From Candidatus Eiseniibacteriota bacterium (GTDB taxonomy: Bacteria > Eisenbacteria > RBG-16-71-46 > CAZAMP01), in assembly GCA_965224245.1 (NCBI GenBank), contig OZ245046.1:1760001-1824000 (forward strand): a stretch of DNA of 64,000 bases, given 5' to 3'. Positions 18,795-27,940 of the stretch are shown here, piece by piece. The first letter of the stretch is position 1, and each line of letters starts with the position of its first letter. The notes below the pieces were generated by a model. The model made no database searches. It saw only the letters and a list, made by a program, of their open reading frames with translations, and was not told where the DNA came from. The position numbers and the translations under genes were made by a program.

Positions 18795-19372
18795 ACGAGA
18801 GCGTGTCTCGAGACGTATCATTCGAGGACGTCATCGAGGATCTGGGCCCCGCCATTCGCTCGTACCTCGAGCGGATGGTGGGCGATCCCGTCCTGGCCGA
18901 CGATCTCTTCCAGGAGACGTCGATCAAGATCGCCGGCGGACTTCCGGGCTTCGAGGGACGCTCGACGATGAAGACGTGGGCGTTCCGGATCGCGCACCGC
19001 GTCTGCCTCGATCATTTTCGCAAGAGCAGCAGCAAGCAGGCCTTTCTCGAGTTCCAGGACGAGGAGCACCTTGCCTCCGAGCTCGAGCCGGACGAGGCGA
19101 TCGTCATCGACGAGATGAACGCGTGCATCCGGGACGTCATCGACTCGCTGCCCCCCGACTACCGGACCGCCATCGTGCTCCACGACCTCGAGGGACTGAC
19201 GGCCGCGGACGTCGCACGCGTCGGCGATTGCTCGCTCGCCACGGCCAAGATCCGCATCCACCGGGCCCGGAAGCGCCTTCGCGCCGCCCTCGAGGATCAG
19301 TGCCGCTTCTACCACGATCGAGACCAGGTCCTCCGGTGCGATCGCAAATCCTCGGACGACTCGAGCTCCTGA
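18791..19372 (+). CDS. ECF sigma-70 factor with C-terminal Cys-containing extension
   Basis: LADDLFQET, FEGRSTMKTWAFRIA, LPPDYRTAIVLHDLEGL, KIRIHRARKRLR, tail QCRFYHDRDQVLRCDRK. ATGA overlap with the CMD gene. Confidence 0.92.
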   Translation: MNESVSRDVSFEDVIEDLGPAIRSYLERMVGDPVLADDLFQETSIKIAGGLPGFEGRSTMKTWAFRIAHRVCLDHFRKSSSKQAFLEFQDEEHLASELEPDEAIVIDEMNACIRDVIDSLPPDYRTAIVLHDLEGLTAADVARVGDCSLATAKIRIHRARKRLRAALEDQCRFYHDRDQVLRCDRKSSDDSSS

Positions 19373-19402
19373 CACCGGCCCCCTGCCCGAGCACGTCGCC
19401 GG

Positions 19403-19434
19403 TGTATCTCTCCCGCTCCTGACTCCGTCCGAGT
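19403..19434 (+). promoter_or_regulatory. Putative ECF promoter, copy 2 (TGTATC-N16-CCGTCC-GAGT)
   Basis: Lies just before the AAGGAGG site of the 19454 gene; matches the 18392 copy. Confidence 0.7.
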
Positions 19435-19453
19435 AGGTGCAAGGAGGTGAATC

Positions 19454-19804
19454 ATGAGACGGATGTGCTCGATGCCCTGCCCCTCATTCGGATCAGGGCA
19501 CTACGACGAAACCGCGGCGAGAATCGATGCCGCCGGCTGGGGTCTCTTCTTCCTCTGGGTCGGCATCGCGCTTTTGCTCGACGTGGGCTGGGGACTCGGT
19601 CTCCTCGGGGTCGGCGTCCTGACGCTCGTCATGCAGGGGGTGCGTCGCGGCTTCGGCCTGAGGTCCGAGGCCCTCTGGCTCCTCGTGGGCGGCGCCATCA
19701 CGCTGGTCGCCGTCTGGGAGCTCGCTGCAGTCGACGTCGCACTGGGACCGATCATCCTCATCGCGTTCGGGCTGGTGGCCCTCCTGTGGACGCTCCGGAG
19801 GTGA
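19454..19804 (+). CDS. Small 4-TM membrane protein
   Basis: AAGGAGG ribosome-binding site; GWGLFFLWVGIALL and three further hydrophobic segments. Confidence 0.8.
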   Translation: MRRMCSMPCPSFGSGHYDETAARIDAAGWGLFFLWVGIALLLDVGWGLGLLGVGVLTLVMQGVRRGFGLRSEALWLLVGGAITLVAVWELAAVDVALGPIILIAFGLVALLWTLRR

Positions 19805-19807
19805 GAC

Positions 19808-20350
19808 ATGCCGTTCTATCTGGAAGAGACGGACATTCTCTCTCGCGTGAAGGGGCTGCGCTCGGTGCTGATCGTGCCGTGCCGTTTCTGCCCGGCCGCG
19901 AGCCTCGCCGTGAAGGAGGGAAAGCCCTACCTCGAGCCGTTCCGGCGGTTCCTGAGGACGGAGGCCTACGAGTCGTTCATCCGCGCTCTCCGGCATGAAC
20001 TCGAGGCACGGGGCATCCGGACGGCTGTCTTCGACAGCAAGCTGCCGCACCACTTCGTCACGTGCATGTGGACGTCCGGACGGCGCCGGCAGCTCGCGGA
20101 ACGGGCGGCGGCATTCGAGGGCGTGGTGGTCCTCGGATGCGAGGCCACCGCGGAGACGGTCCGCCTGGCGATCGGGTCCGCGGACTGCCAGGTGATCTCC
20201 GGCATGGAGATCCTCAGTGGAATCATGAACGTCCGCCCCGTCGTGCGCCTTCCCTTCACCATCTCGCTCGAGCTCCAGGGGGTCACGCCAGTGACGACGA
20301 CGGGCTCGGGGACCACGGTCGGTCCGCCCGGATTCCGGGCTGGGGATTGA
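19808..20350 (+). CDS. Cys-motif hypothetical protein, MetV-N/CGGC-like (possible Fe-S or metal binding)
   Basis: VLIVPCRFC..C..GVVVLGC spacing recalls the MetV N-terminal Cys pattern; GGAGG ribosome-binding site. Confidence 0.65.
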   Translation: MPFYLEETDILSRVKGLRSVLIVPCRFCPAASLAVKEGKPYLEPFRRFLRTEAYESFIRALRHELEARGIRTAVFDSKLPHHFVTCMWTSGRRRQLAERAAAFEGVVVLGCEATAETVRLAIGSADCQVISGMEILSGIMNVRPVVRLPFTISLELQGVTPVTTTGSGTTVGPPGFRAGD

Positions 20351-20493
20351 TCGACGGCCGACCACCCCCTTTCACCGCCGGGGGCTCGGACCGGCGAGTC
20401 CGGGTCTTCGCCGGTGGTCCGACCGGCCCGGAACGGCTACAGTCTTCCCGGTCTCCGAACCTCGATCCGGTTCCAGTGGAAGGACGATCCTCC

Positions 20494-22836
20494 GTGCTCG
20501 GCAAGGCCCTCGCGCACTACGACATCCAGGAGAAGCTCGGCGCCGGCGGCATGGGCGAGGTCTACCGCGCCCGCGACCGGCGCCTCTCCCGGGACGTGGC
20601 GCTCAAGGTCCTCCCTCCCGACGTCGCATCGGAGCCGGGTCGTCTCGCCCGGCTCGAGCGAGAGGCGAAGGCCCTGGCCGCGCTCAATCATCCCCACATC
20701 GTCACGATCTACTCGATCGAGGAGTCGGACGGCGTCCGGTTCCTCACGATGGAGCTCGTCGACGGACGCACGCTCGATCGTGTCGTCAGCCGTGACGGCT
20801 TGCCGCTCGCCGAGGCGCTCGACCTCGCGATCTCGCTCACCGAGGCGCTCGCCGCCGCCCACGACAAGGGCATCACGCACCGCGACCTGAAGCCGGCCAA
20901 CGTCATGGTGACGCCCGAGGGACGACTGAAGGTGCTCGACTTCGGGCTGGCGAAGCCGACGACGGCGGGCGATGCCCTGCCCGCCGGCTCCGAGTTCGAC
21001 GCGACGATCGAGATGAGCTCGCCCTCCCCCATCTCATCGGAGGGTGCCGTCATGGGGACGGTCCCCTACATGGCGCCCGAGCAGCTGCGCGGCGACGTCG
21101 TCGACGCGCGCGCGGACCTCTTCGCCTTCGGGATCATGCTCTACGAGATCCTCACCGGCCATCGCCCCTTCAGGGGCAAGACGAGCGCGGACGTGAGCTC
21201 GGCGATCCTCAGGGACACGCCGCCACCCATCCAGACGGCGCGCCCCGATCTGACGCCGGACATCGAGCGCATCGTGTCCCGGTGTCTCGAGAAGGACCGG
21301 GAGCGACGGTTCCAGACCGCCAAGGACGTCCGGAACGAGCTCGAGCTCGCTCGACGCGGTCCGGGGTCGGGCAGTTCATCGGTGCCCGGAGGGGGGCCGT
21401 CGACCACGCGCGCGGTCGATCCCCCCACGACCGACGAGACCCCGTCGATCGCGGTGCTGCCGTTCGCGAACCGGAGCCGCGACGCCGACGACGAGTACTT
21501 CGCGGACGGCCTCGCCGACGAGCTCCTGAGCGTCCTGGCCAAGATCCGCGGCCTCCGCGTGGCGGCCCGCACGTCGTCCGCGTCGTTCAAGGGAAAGGAC
21601 GTGACCATCGCCGAGGTGGGCTCGGCGTTGAACGTGGCCACGGTACTCGAAGGAAGCGTCCGAAAGGCCGGCAAACGCGTCCGCATCGCGGTGCAGCTGG
21701 TCCGCGTGGGCGACGGCGCCGCCATGTGGTCGGAGACGTACGACCGGACCCTCGACGACATCTTCGTCGTGCAGGACGACATCGCCCAGTCCGTGGTCAA
21801 GGAGCTTCGCACGACGTTGCTGGGTCGCGACGCCGACTCCCGCGAGAGCGGCGAGGCCAAGGCGGACGTGGAGCTGGCGGCGAGGGGTCGTGGTGAGAAC
21901 GCCGAGGCCCACCGCCTCTACCTCCTGGGCCAGCACTGTCAGAACCAGGAGACCCGGGAGGGCCTCGCGCACGCCGTGGAGCACCTCGGGCGCGCGGTGG
22001 AGCTCGACCCCACACACGCGCTGGCCTGGAGCGCGCTCGCGATCGCCCGCGCGCTTCGAGCCGGGTGGGGCTGGGTCGACGTGTCGGAGGGATACGAGCA
22101 GGCGCGGGACGCGGTCCACCGGGCGCTCGCGCTCACGCCCGATCTGGCCGAGGCGCACCTCGCGCACTGCCTCATCCAGGAGCACCACGACTGGGACTGG
22201 GCGGGCGCGGACGCGTCCGCCCGGAGGGCGCTCGAGCTGGCGCCCGGAAGCGAGAGGGCACTCACCATGGCCACTCACAATGCGAATCTCCGCGGCCGGC
22301 ATGAGGAAGCGGAGTCGTTCGCTCGCCGTGCCCTCGAGAAGGATCCGCTGAGCTCGCGCGCGCACATGGGGCTGGGTCAGGTCCTTCGTCTCCAGGGACG
22401 CCACGAGGAGGCGATCGCCAGCATTCGCCGCGTGCTCGAGCTCGCCCCGGGGCGCGTCGTCGCTCACCTCTACATCTCGCTGATGCTCTCGGAGCTCGCC
22501 CGCTACGACGAGGCGCTCGCCGAGGCACAGCTCGAGCCGTACGAGTGGGCAAAGCTCTACGGCCTCGCGGTCATCCATCACCAGGCAGGGCACGAGGCGG
22601 AATCCGCCGAGGCGCTCGCCGAGCTGACGTCCAGGTACCCCACCGACGCCGCATTCCAGATCGCGACCGCTCACGCGGGACGTGACGAGCGCGACGAGGC
22701 GTTCGCGTGGCTGGACCGCTCGTTCGAGCGCAGGGATCCCGGGCTGCCGCAGGCGTACACGGAGCCGCTTCTCCGGAGGCTCCAGGGGGATCCCCGGTGG
22801 GATGCGTTCATGCGGCGGATGGGGTTCGTCGACTGA
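20494..22836 (+). CDS. Ser/Thr kinase with TolB-N-like domain and TPRs (no TM seen)
   Basis: GAGGMGEVY, HRDLKPAN, DFG, GTVPYMAPEQ; SIAVLPFANRS..YFADGLADELL; TPRs; GDPRW tail. Confidence 0.95.
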   Translation: MLGKALAHYDIQEKLGAGGMGEVYRARDRRLSRDVALKVLPPDVASEPGRLARLEREAKALAALNHPHIVTIYSIEESDGVRFLTMELVDGRTLDRVVSRDGLPLAEALDLAISLTEALAAAHDKGITHRDLKPANVMVTPEGRLKVLDFGLAKPTTAGDALPAGSEFDATIEMSSPSPISSEGAVMGTVPYMAPEQLRGDVVDARADLFAFGIMLYEILTGHRPFRGKTSADVSSAILRDTPPPIQTARPDLTPDIERIVSRCLEKDRERRFQTAKDVRNELELARRGPGSGSSSVPGGGPSTTRAVDPPTTDETPSIAVLPFANRSRDADDEYFADGLADELLSVLAKIRGLRVAARTSSASFKGKDVTIAEVGSALNVATVLEGSVRKAGKRVRIAVQLVRVGDGAAMWSETYDRTLDDIFVVQDDIAQSVVKELRTTLLGRDADSRESGEAKADVELAARGRGENAEAHRLYLLGQHCQNQETREGLAHAVEHLGRAVELDPTHALAWSALAIARALRAGWGWVDVSEGYEQARDAVHRALALTPDLAEAHLAHCLIQEHHDWDWAGADASARRALELAPGSERALTMATHNANLRGRHEEAESFARRALEKDPLSSRAHMGLGQVLRLQGRHEEAIASIRRVLELAPGRVVAHLYISLMLSELARYDEALAEAQLEPYEWAKLYGLAVIHHQAGHEAESAEALAELTSRYPTDAAFQIATAHAGRDERDEAFAWLDRSFERRDPGLPQAYTEPLLRRLQGDPRWDAFMRRMGFVD

Positions 22837-22968
22837 CAGCCCTACGTCGAGTCGTCGATCTCCGCTTCGGGGCGAGTGGTGCCCCTCACCGGTGGTCCGG
22901 CCGGTCGTGAACCGCTACATTCCCGCTGTCCCGGATGCCGTGCCTGTCCCCGGGGAAGGACGTCCCAC

Positions 22969-25602
22969 GTGATCGGAAAGACCCTCGGCCACTACGAGAT
23001 CACCGCGAAGATCGGCGAAGGCGGCATGGGCCAGGTGTACCGCGCCCGTGACGCCAAGCTCGGACGCGACGTCGCCCTGAAGATCCTGCCACCGGCCGCA
23101 TCCGCCGATCCCGAGCGACGGCAGCGCTTCGAGCGCGAGGCCCAGGCGGTCGCCAGCCTCCAGCACCCTCACATCGTGACGATCCACTCCATCGAGGAGG
23201 CGGACGACGTCCACTTCCTGACCATGGAGCTCGTGCGGGGCAAGACGCTCGACGCGCTCATCCCCACCGATGGCCTGCCGCTCCAGCGGCTCTTCGAGAT
23301 CGGCATTCCCCTGGCCGAGGCCGTGCACGCCGCTCACGAGCGGGGCGTCGTTCACCGCGATCTCAAGCCCGGCAACGTGATGATCGACGACGCCGGACGC
23401 CCGAAGGTCCTCGACTTCGGACTCGCGAAGCTGATCTCGGTGGCGCCCGACGAGGCCGAGACGATGGCCGCCGGCGACGCCACCGGTGAGGGACTCGTTC
23501 TGGGGACCGTGGCGTACATGTCGCCCGAGCAGGCCCAGGGCAAGGAGCTCGACTCCCGATCCGACATCTTCTCGCTGGGCGTCATGCTCTACGAGGCGGC
23601 GACGGGCAAGCAACCCTTCAGCGGCGACACGCCGATCTCGACCCTGTCGGCGATCCTGCGGGACACCCCGTCCGCCGTCACGTCGCTGAAGCCCGTGCCC
23701 CGCCATCTCGGGCGGATCATCCATCGCTGTCTTGAGAAGCACCCCGACAAGCGCTTCCAGACCGCGCGCGACGTGGCGAACGAGCTGGAGGGGCTCCAGC
23801 GGGAGGTGAGCTCGGGGGAGCTGGACTCGATCTCGACCGGAGCCGCCCACCTCGCCGCCGCACACGCTGCGCGACCGGCCCGATCGGTGTGGCCCTGGCT
23901 CACCGGCGTGGCGGTGATCATCGCGGCCGTCGTCGCCGGGGTTCTCCTGTCGAGGCGTCCCACGGACAGCAGCACACCACTGGTGACGCGGCGCCTGACG
24001 AGCCACGCCGCTGCGGAGGGCGCCGGGAGCTGGTCTCCGGACGGCAGCTTCTTCGCGTTCGACGGCGGCGCGAACGGCCCACTCGACGTCTTCGTCTCCG
24101 CGACGGTCGGTGGAGATCCCATCTGTCTCGTCCAGAGCCCCGCGGACGACTTCTCTCCCCGCTGGTCGCCCGACAACCGCTGGATTGCCTTCGTGTCCGG
24201 TCGAGACGGAACGACGGGCCTCTACCTCGTGGCGCCGCTCGGGGGTCCGGTCCGGAGGCTCGTGGAGACCGATCTCGAGGTGCTCGGAGAGGAGATCATG
24301 TACGCCCTCGGGGTCCAGCCCTGGTCGCCCGATGGGCGCCGGCTCGTCTTCGCCCGGAGGCGGGACGACCAGGTGGCCCTGTGGATCGTCGACATCGACA
24401 CGGGCTCCGAGACGCGTCTCACGAACCCGAGCCCCGGACAGATCGACGCGCAGCCCTCCTGGTCGTTCGACGGCCGGTGGATCGCGTTCCTGCGCCAGGA
24501 CGCCGGGGAGATGACGATCGCGATCGTGCCGGCGGGCGGGGGCGACGTGCGAACCGTGCATTCGGCAGGCTGGCTTCAGCTGCCGGCCTGGTCACCCGAT
24601 GGAGACGAGGTGCTCTACGTGTCGGACGTCGGCGGCATCCAGAACCTCTGGACCGTGGCCGTCTCGAACGGCGCGACCCGACGGATCACGTCGAGCTCGA
24701 TCCACATCTCCGGAGCCGCCGTGGGTCGTGACGGTCGCATTCTCTACCACGACTTCAGTCACCAGACCGATCTCTACCTGCAACGCCTCGACGGCTCGGA
24801 CGCTCGCCGCCTCACCTTTCACACCGAGACGAACTTCGGAGCCCGCATCTCGCCCGGCGGGGATCGTATCGTCTACCAGTCCAATCGAGCCGGGAACGAC
24901 GATCTCTGGTTGCTCGATCTCGACTCGGGAGCCGAGCGCCGGCTCGCGGATCACCCCGAGGGCGATCTGGAAGCCGACTGGTCTCCGGACGGCGATCGCA
25001 TCGTGTTCGTCTCGCAGCGCACCGGAACGCCGCAGCTCTGGACCGCGAGCCCCGAGGGTGGGCCGCCCGTCCGGATCACCGACCAGGACGGCGTCGTGGG
25101 ACCTCCTCGATGGGCGCCCGACGGGTCCGCAATCGGATTCCTCGCCGCCACCGACGAGGGACAGGCACTCTGGGTGATGGATGGTGACGGCGGCAACCCG
25201 CGACCGGTGTTGCCACACGTCTACGAGTTCGACTGGTACCGGGACTCTCGGCATGTCATCTACACGCCCTCGGCCACGCCCACAGAGATGCGTGCGCGCG
25301 ACCTCGAGACCGGTGAAGACGTCCTCCTCCTCGACGAGCCGCACATCGAGGCGGCGACCGCCCCGGACGGATCCGCGCTCACCTACTGCACCGCGATCAG
25401 CCACTACAACATGTATCTGCAGCTCGCACGACTGGAGGCCACGGAGACGGGACTACCGCGGGTCGCGGAGACCGAGACCGTCGCCGATGGCGGCGGCCTG
25501 TGGCACGTACACAATGGAGGCTTCTCGCCGGACGGTACGAGCGTCGTCTATACGCGCGACACCGACACGGGGGACGTGTACGTGCTGGAAGGCGTCTTCT
25601 GA
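22969..25602 (+). CDS. Ser/Thr kinase with TM helix and PD40/TolB-like beta-propeller
   Basis: GEGGMGQVY, HRDLKPGN, DFG; TM WPWLTGVAVIIAAVVAGVLL; many WSPDG repeats. Confidence 0.95.
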   Translation: MIGKTLGHYEITAKIGEGGMGQVYRARDAKLGRDVALKILPPAASADPERRQRFEREAQAVASLQHPHIVTIHSIEEADDVHFLTMELVRGKTLDALIPTDGLPLQRLFEIGIPLAEAVHAAHERGVVHRDLKPGNVMIDDAGRPKVLDFGLAKLISVAPDEAETMAAGDATGEGLVLGTVAYMSPEQAQGKELDSRSDIFSLGVMLYEAATGKQPFSGDTPISTLSAILRDTPSAVTSLKPVPRHLGRIIHRCLEKHPDKRFQTARDVANELEGLQREVSSGELDSISTGAAHLAAAHAARPARSVWPWLTGVAVIIAAVVAGVLLSRRPTDSSTPLVTRRLTSHAAAEGAGSWSPDGSFFAFDGGANGPLDVFVSATVGGDPICLVQSPADDFSPRWSPDNRWIAFVSGRDGTTGLYLVAPLGGPVRRLVETDLEVLGEEIMYALGVQPWSPDGRRLVFARRRDDQVALWIVDIDTGSETRLTNPSPGQIDAQPSWSFDGRWIAFLRQDAGEMTIAIVPAGGGDVRTVHSAGWLQLPAWSPDGDEVLYVSDVGGIQNLWTVAVSNGATRRITSSSIHISGAAVGRDGRILYHDFSHQTDLYLQRLDGSDARRLTFHTETNFGARISPGGDRIVYQSNRAGNDDLWLLDLDSGAERRLADHPEGDLEADWSPDGDRIVFVSQRTGTPQLWTASPEGGPPVRITDQDGVVGPPRWAPDGSAIGFLAATDEGQALWVMDGDGGNPRPVLPHVYEFDWYRDSRHVIYTPSATPTEMRARDLETGEDVLLLDEPHIEAATAPDGSALTYCTAISHYNMYLQLARLEATETGLPRVAETETVADGGGLWHVHNGGFSPDGTSVVYTRDTDTGDVYVLEGVF

Positions 25603-25694
25603 CATCGGAGACGGCGCTGGTCCCATCGTCGACGATGACGTCCAGCTCACCCATGTCCCGCGGGAACCACGTCGGGGTTCCCCGCGGGTGGGCG

Positions 25695-26165
25695 CTACGC
25701 GCTCTTCCGCTCCTTGACCACGAAGTCCACCTCGCAATCGAGCGCGTGGAGCAGCGTCAACATCTGGCGAACGGACTTGCGGGTGTTCGTCGTGTCCAGG
25801 AGCCGGTAGAACTGCGAGGCGGACGTTCCAAGGCGTCGAATCAGCTCGCGCGTGGCCACCGGGCTCGCCTCCACTCGTCGGGTCGCCTCGACCGTCAATC
25901 GGTACAGCAACGCGTCCGTCCTGTAGGTGGGGTCTTCCGCGTACTCGAGAACGGCGTCCAGATGGATCGTGCCCTCGTCCCCGGACTCCAGGCGATAGGT
26001 GAACGCTTCCCGAGCCAGCTCCGGGTCGACGTACAGCTCGGTGATGCGATTGTCCGGTGCCGGAGAGAGCCGAGCCTTCGCGAACGGAAACACGAAGGTG
26101 CCTCGGCGCGTCGTGACCTGGAACACCTTGCGCCGGTTGTTCGCTTCCACACGCTGGATCTTCAC
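25695..26165 (-). CDS. Putative antitoxin with C-terminal HTH (DUF2442-like N-terminus, inferred)
   Basis: GTG start overlaps the toxin stop; HTH ATRELIRRLGTSASQFYRLL. Confidence 0.75.
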   Translation of the reverse strand: MKIQRVEANNRRKVFQVTTRRGTFVFPFAKARLSPAPDNRITELYVDPELAREAFTYRLESGDEGTIHLDAVLEYAEDPTYRTDALLYRLTVEATRRVEASPVATRELIRRLGTSASQFYRLLDTTNTRKSVRQMLTLLHALDCEVDFVVKERKSA

Positions 26166-26356
26166 AGGAGTCCCTCCTGCTCGAACTCGTGGATGTATCT
26201 CAACACGCGTTTCGTGGCTTTGCCTTTCATGGGCAGTTCGTTCTCGAGGTCCCACTTCACGATGAGCCCTCCGTCGCGGTACACATGAACGTGTCGAGGC
26301 TCATGGTCACCGACCCACGTCAGGAACACGAACCCACCTCGTCGGATCTTCCTTAT
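26162..26356 (-). CDS. DUF4160-like toxin; apparent ATA start (non-canonical or mutated)
   Basis: KIRRGGFVFLTWVGDHEPRHVHVYRDG (DH.P.HVHV motif); ATA at 26356-26354 follows GAGG. Confidence 0.7.
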   Translation of the reverse strand: MRKIRRGGFVFLTWVGDHEPRHVHVYRDGGLIVKWDLENELPMKGKATKRVLRYIHEFEQEGLL

Positions 26357-26402
26357 CCGATCGGAGCCTCGTCGGTCGTGAGACTCCAGGGCGATGAGTG
26401 GA

Positions 26403-26431
26403 ATGTTACCTTCAGTGGTAACAGTTATCAA
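26403..26431 (-). promoter_or_regulatory. Sigma-70 promoter of the TA operon with an overlapping palindromic operator
   Basis: Minus strand TTGATA-N17-TAACAT; inverted repeat TGTTACC-N6-GGTAACA at 26404-26423. Confidence 0.8.
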
Positions 26432-26483
26432 GAGGCGGCGGACGCCCGGGCAACGCTCTCTCCTCCGATCCGAGTCATGACTG

Positions 26484-26819
26484 ATGCCCGATCAGGATGC
26501 CAGCGGCAGAATCAGGCATGACTTCGGCAGCTCCGTCCTCGGCACGCCGATCCCGTTCGAGTGCGAGACGCACGCGACCCGGGACGAACCACTCCTGGGC
26601 ATCCGGATCGACGTCGATCTCGGCACGCTCCACGAGCTCATCGCGGGGATCCGGACCGAAGCTGCACCTGGACGGCGGCGCCAGTCCCCCACACGGTGTG
26701 GAGCCGTCGACGTGATGCTCACCGCCGCCGATCTCGCGGAGATCCAGGACGCGCTCGCGGCGATCGAGATCCAGGTCCATCGCTACTCGGTGGGGACGCA
26801 GCGGATGATCGATCGGTGA
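26484..26819 (+). pseudogene. Chimeric remnant: AraC N-terminal domain fragment fused to an aldo/keto reductase C-terminus
   Basis: PIPFECETHATRDEPLLGIRIDVDLGTLHELI (AraC_N-like), then GAVDVMLTAADLAEIQDALAAIEIQVHRYS..QRMIDR (AKR tail). Confidence 0.6.
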
Positions 26820-26904
26820 TCCGTCACCGTCGCGTCGCCGCTGCCGCCGACATCGCCGGAATCGAAACCGTACCCGGGTGCACCTTCGGCGATCGCCACC
26901 GGCC

Positions 26905-27858
26905 CTAGATCGGAAGTCCGACCAGCTCCCGGCTCGCCTCGCAGAGCCGTTGCGCCAGCCGCGCATCGTGTGCCCGCGGGTTGGGCGACACCATCGGCCA
27001 CCCGCCTCGTCGGTCCTTCCGGTCGGGATAGAGGATGCTGTTCTGGCTGTAGTACGCCCCGGCGTGTTTCGGAACGTCCTCGTCGAGGAGGCAGTGGAGC
27101 GTGGTCTGCGCGCCCTCCTCGTAGGACAGCATGCCCACGAACCGGCTGAGCGGCCTCAGGAGGACGTTTTGCACCCACGCCGGCATCGTGTTCTTGACGA
27201 GGTTGCTCCGGATCCAGCCCGGATGGACCGACACCGGGGTGACGCCGGTGCCGTCGAGGCGCCGGGCCAGATCGAGCGCGTACAGCACGATGGCCAGCTT
27301 GGACTGCGCGTACGCCGCCATCCCGTCGTACGGGCGCCTCTCGAAGTTCAGATCGTCCAGATGGATCTCGCCCGCGCGTCCCCGGATCGCCACGTGCGCG
27401 ACGCTCGACACGCAGACGATGCGAGACGGCGCGCTCGCCTTCAGCACGTCGAGGAGCAGCTCGGTGAGGAGGAAGTGACCGAGGTGGTTCGTCCCGAGCT
27501 GGGTCTCGAACCCGTCGACGGTCGTTCCCTTCGGTGTGTTCATGACGCCCGCGTTGCTCACGAGGCCGTCCAGACGCGCGTGCCTCTGCCGGAACGCCGC
27601 GACGAAGCGCCGCACCGACTCGAGACGGCCCAGGTCCAGCTCGATGACCTCCGCGGAGCCGCGAAGGCCGGAGAGCCCCGCCACCGCCTCCTCACCGGCG
27701 GCTACCCGGCGGCAGGCCGCAACGACGTGAGCCCCCTGGCGCACGAGCTGGGCCATCGTGGCCAGTCCCGCGCCCGAGTTGGCCCCGGTGACCACGTAGA
27801 CCCGGCCCCCGAGATCCGTCGCGAGCAACCGTGGATCACACCTCAGCGTCTTCAGCAT
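26905..27858 (-). CDS. SDR oxidoreductase (retinol dehydrogenase/WWOX-like)
   Basis: VTGANSGAG, SNAGVM, TNHLGHFLLT, VSSVAH, YAQSK (YxxxK), VHPGWI. Confidence 0.95.
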   Translation of the reverse strand: MLKTLRCDPRLLATDLGGRVYVVTGANSGAGLATMAQLVRQGAHVVAACRRVAAGEEAVAGLSGLRGSAEVIELDLGRLESVRRFVAAFRQRHARLDGLVSNAGVMNTPKGTTVDGFETQLGTNHLGHFLLTELLLDVLKASAPSRIVCVSSVAHVAIRGRAGEIHLDDLNFERRPYDGMAAYAQSKLAIVLYALDLARRLDGTGVTPVSVHPGWIRSNLVKNTMPAWVQNVLLRPLSRFVGMLSYEEGAQTTLHCLLDEDVPKHAGAYYSQNSILYPDRKDRRGGWPMVSPNPRAHDARLAQRLCEASRELVGLPI

Positions 27859-27940
27859 CGCCACCCCGTTCGTTTCGGACTGCGCGAGCGGACTTGCCGC
27901 CGGCATGCGTGGCGAACGGGTGATCGCAACGACACGTACG

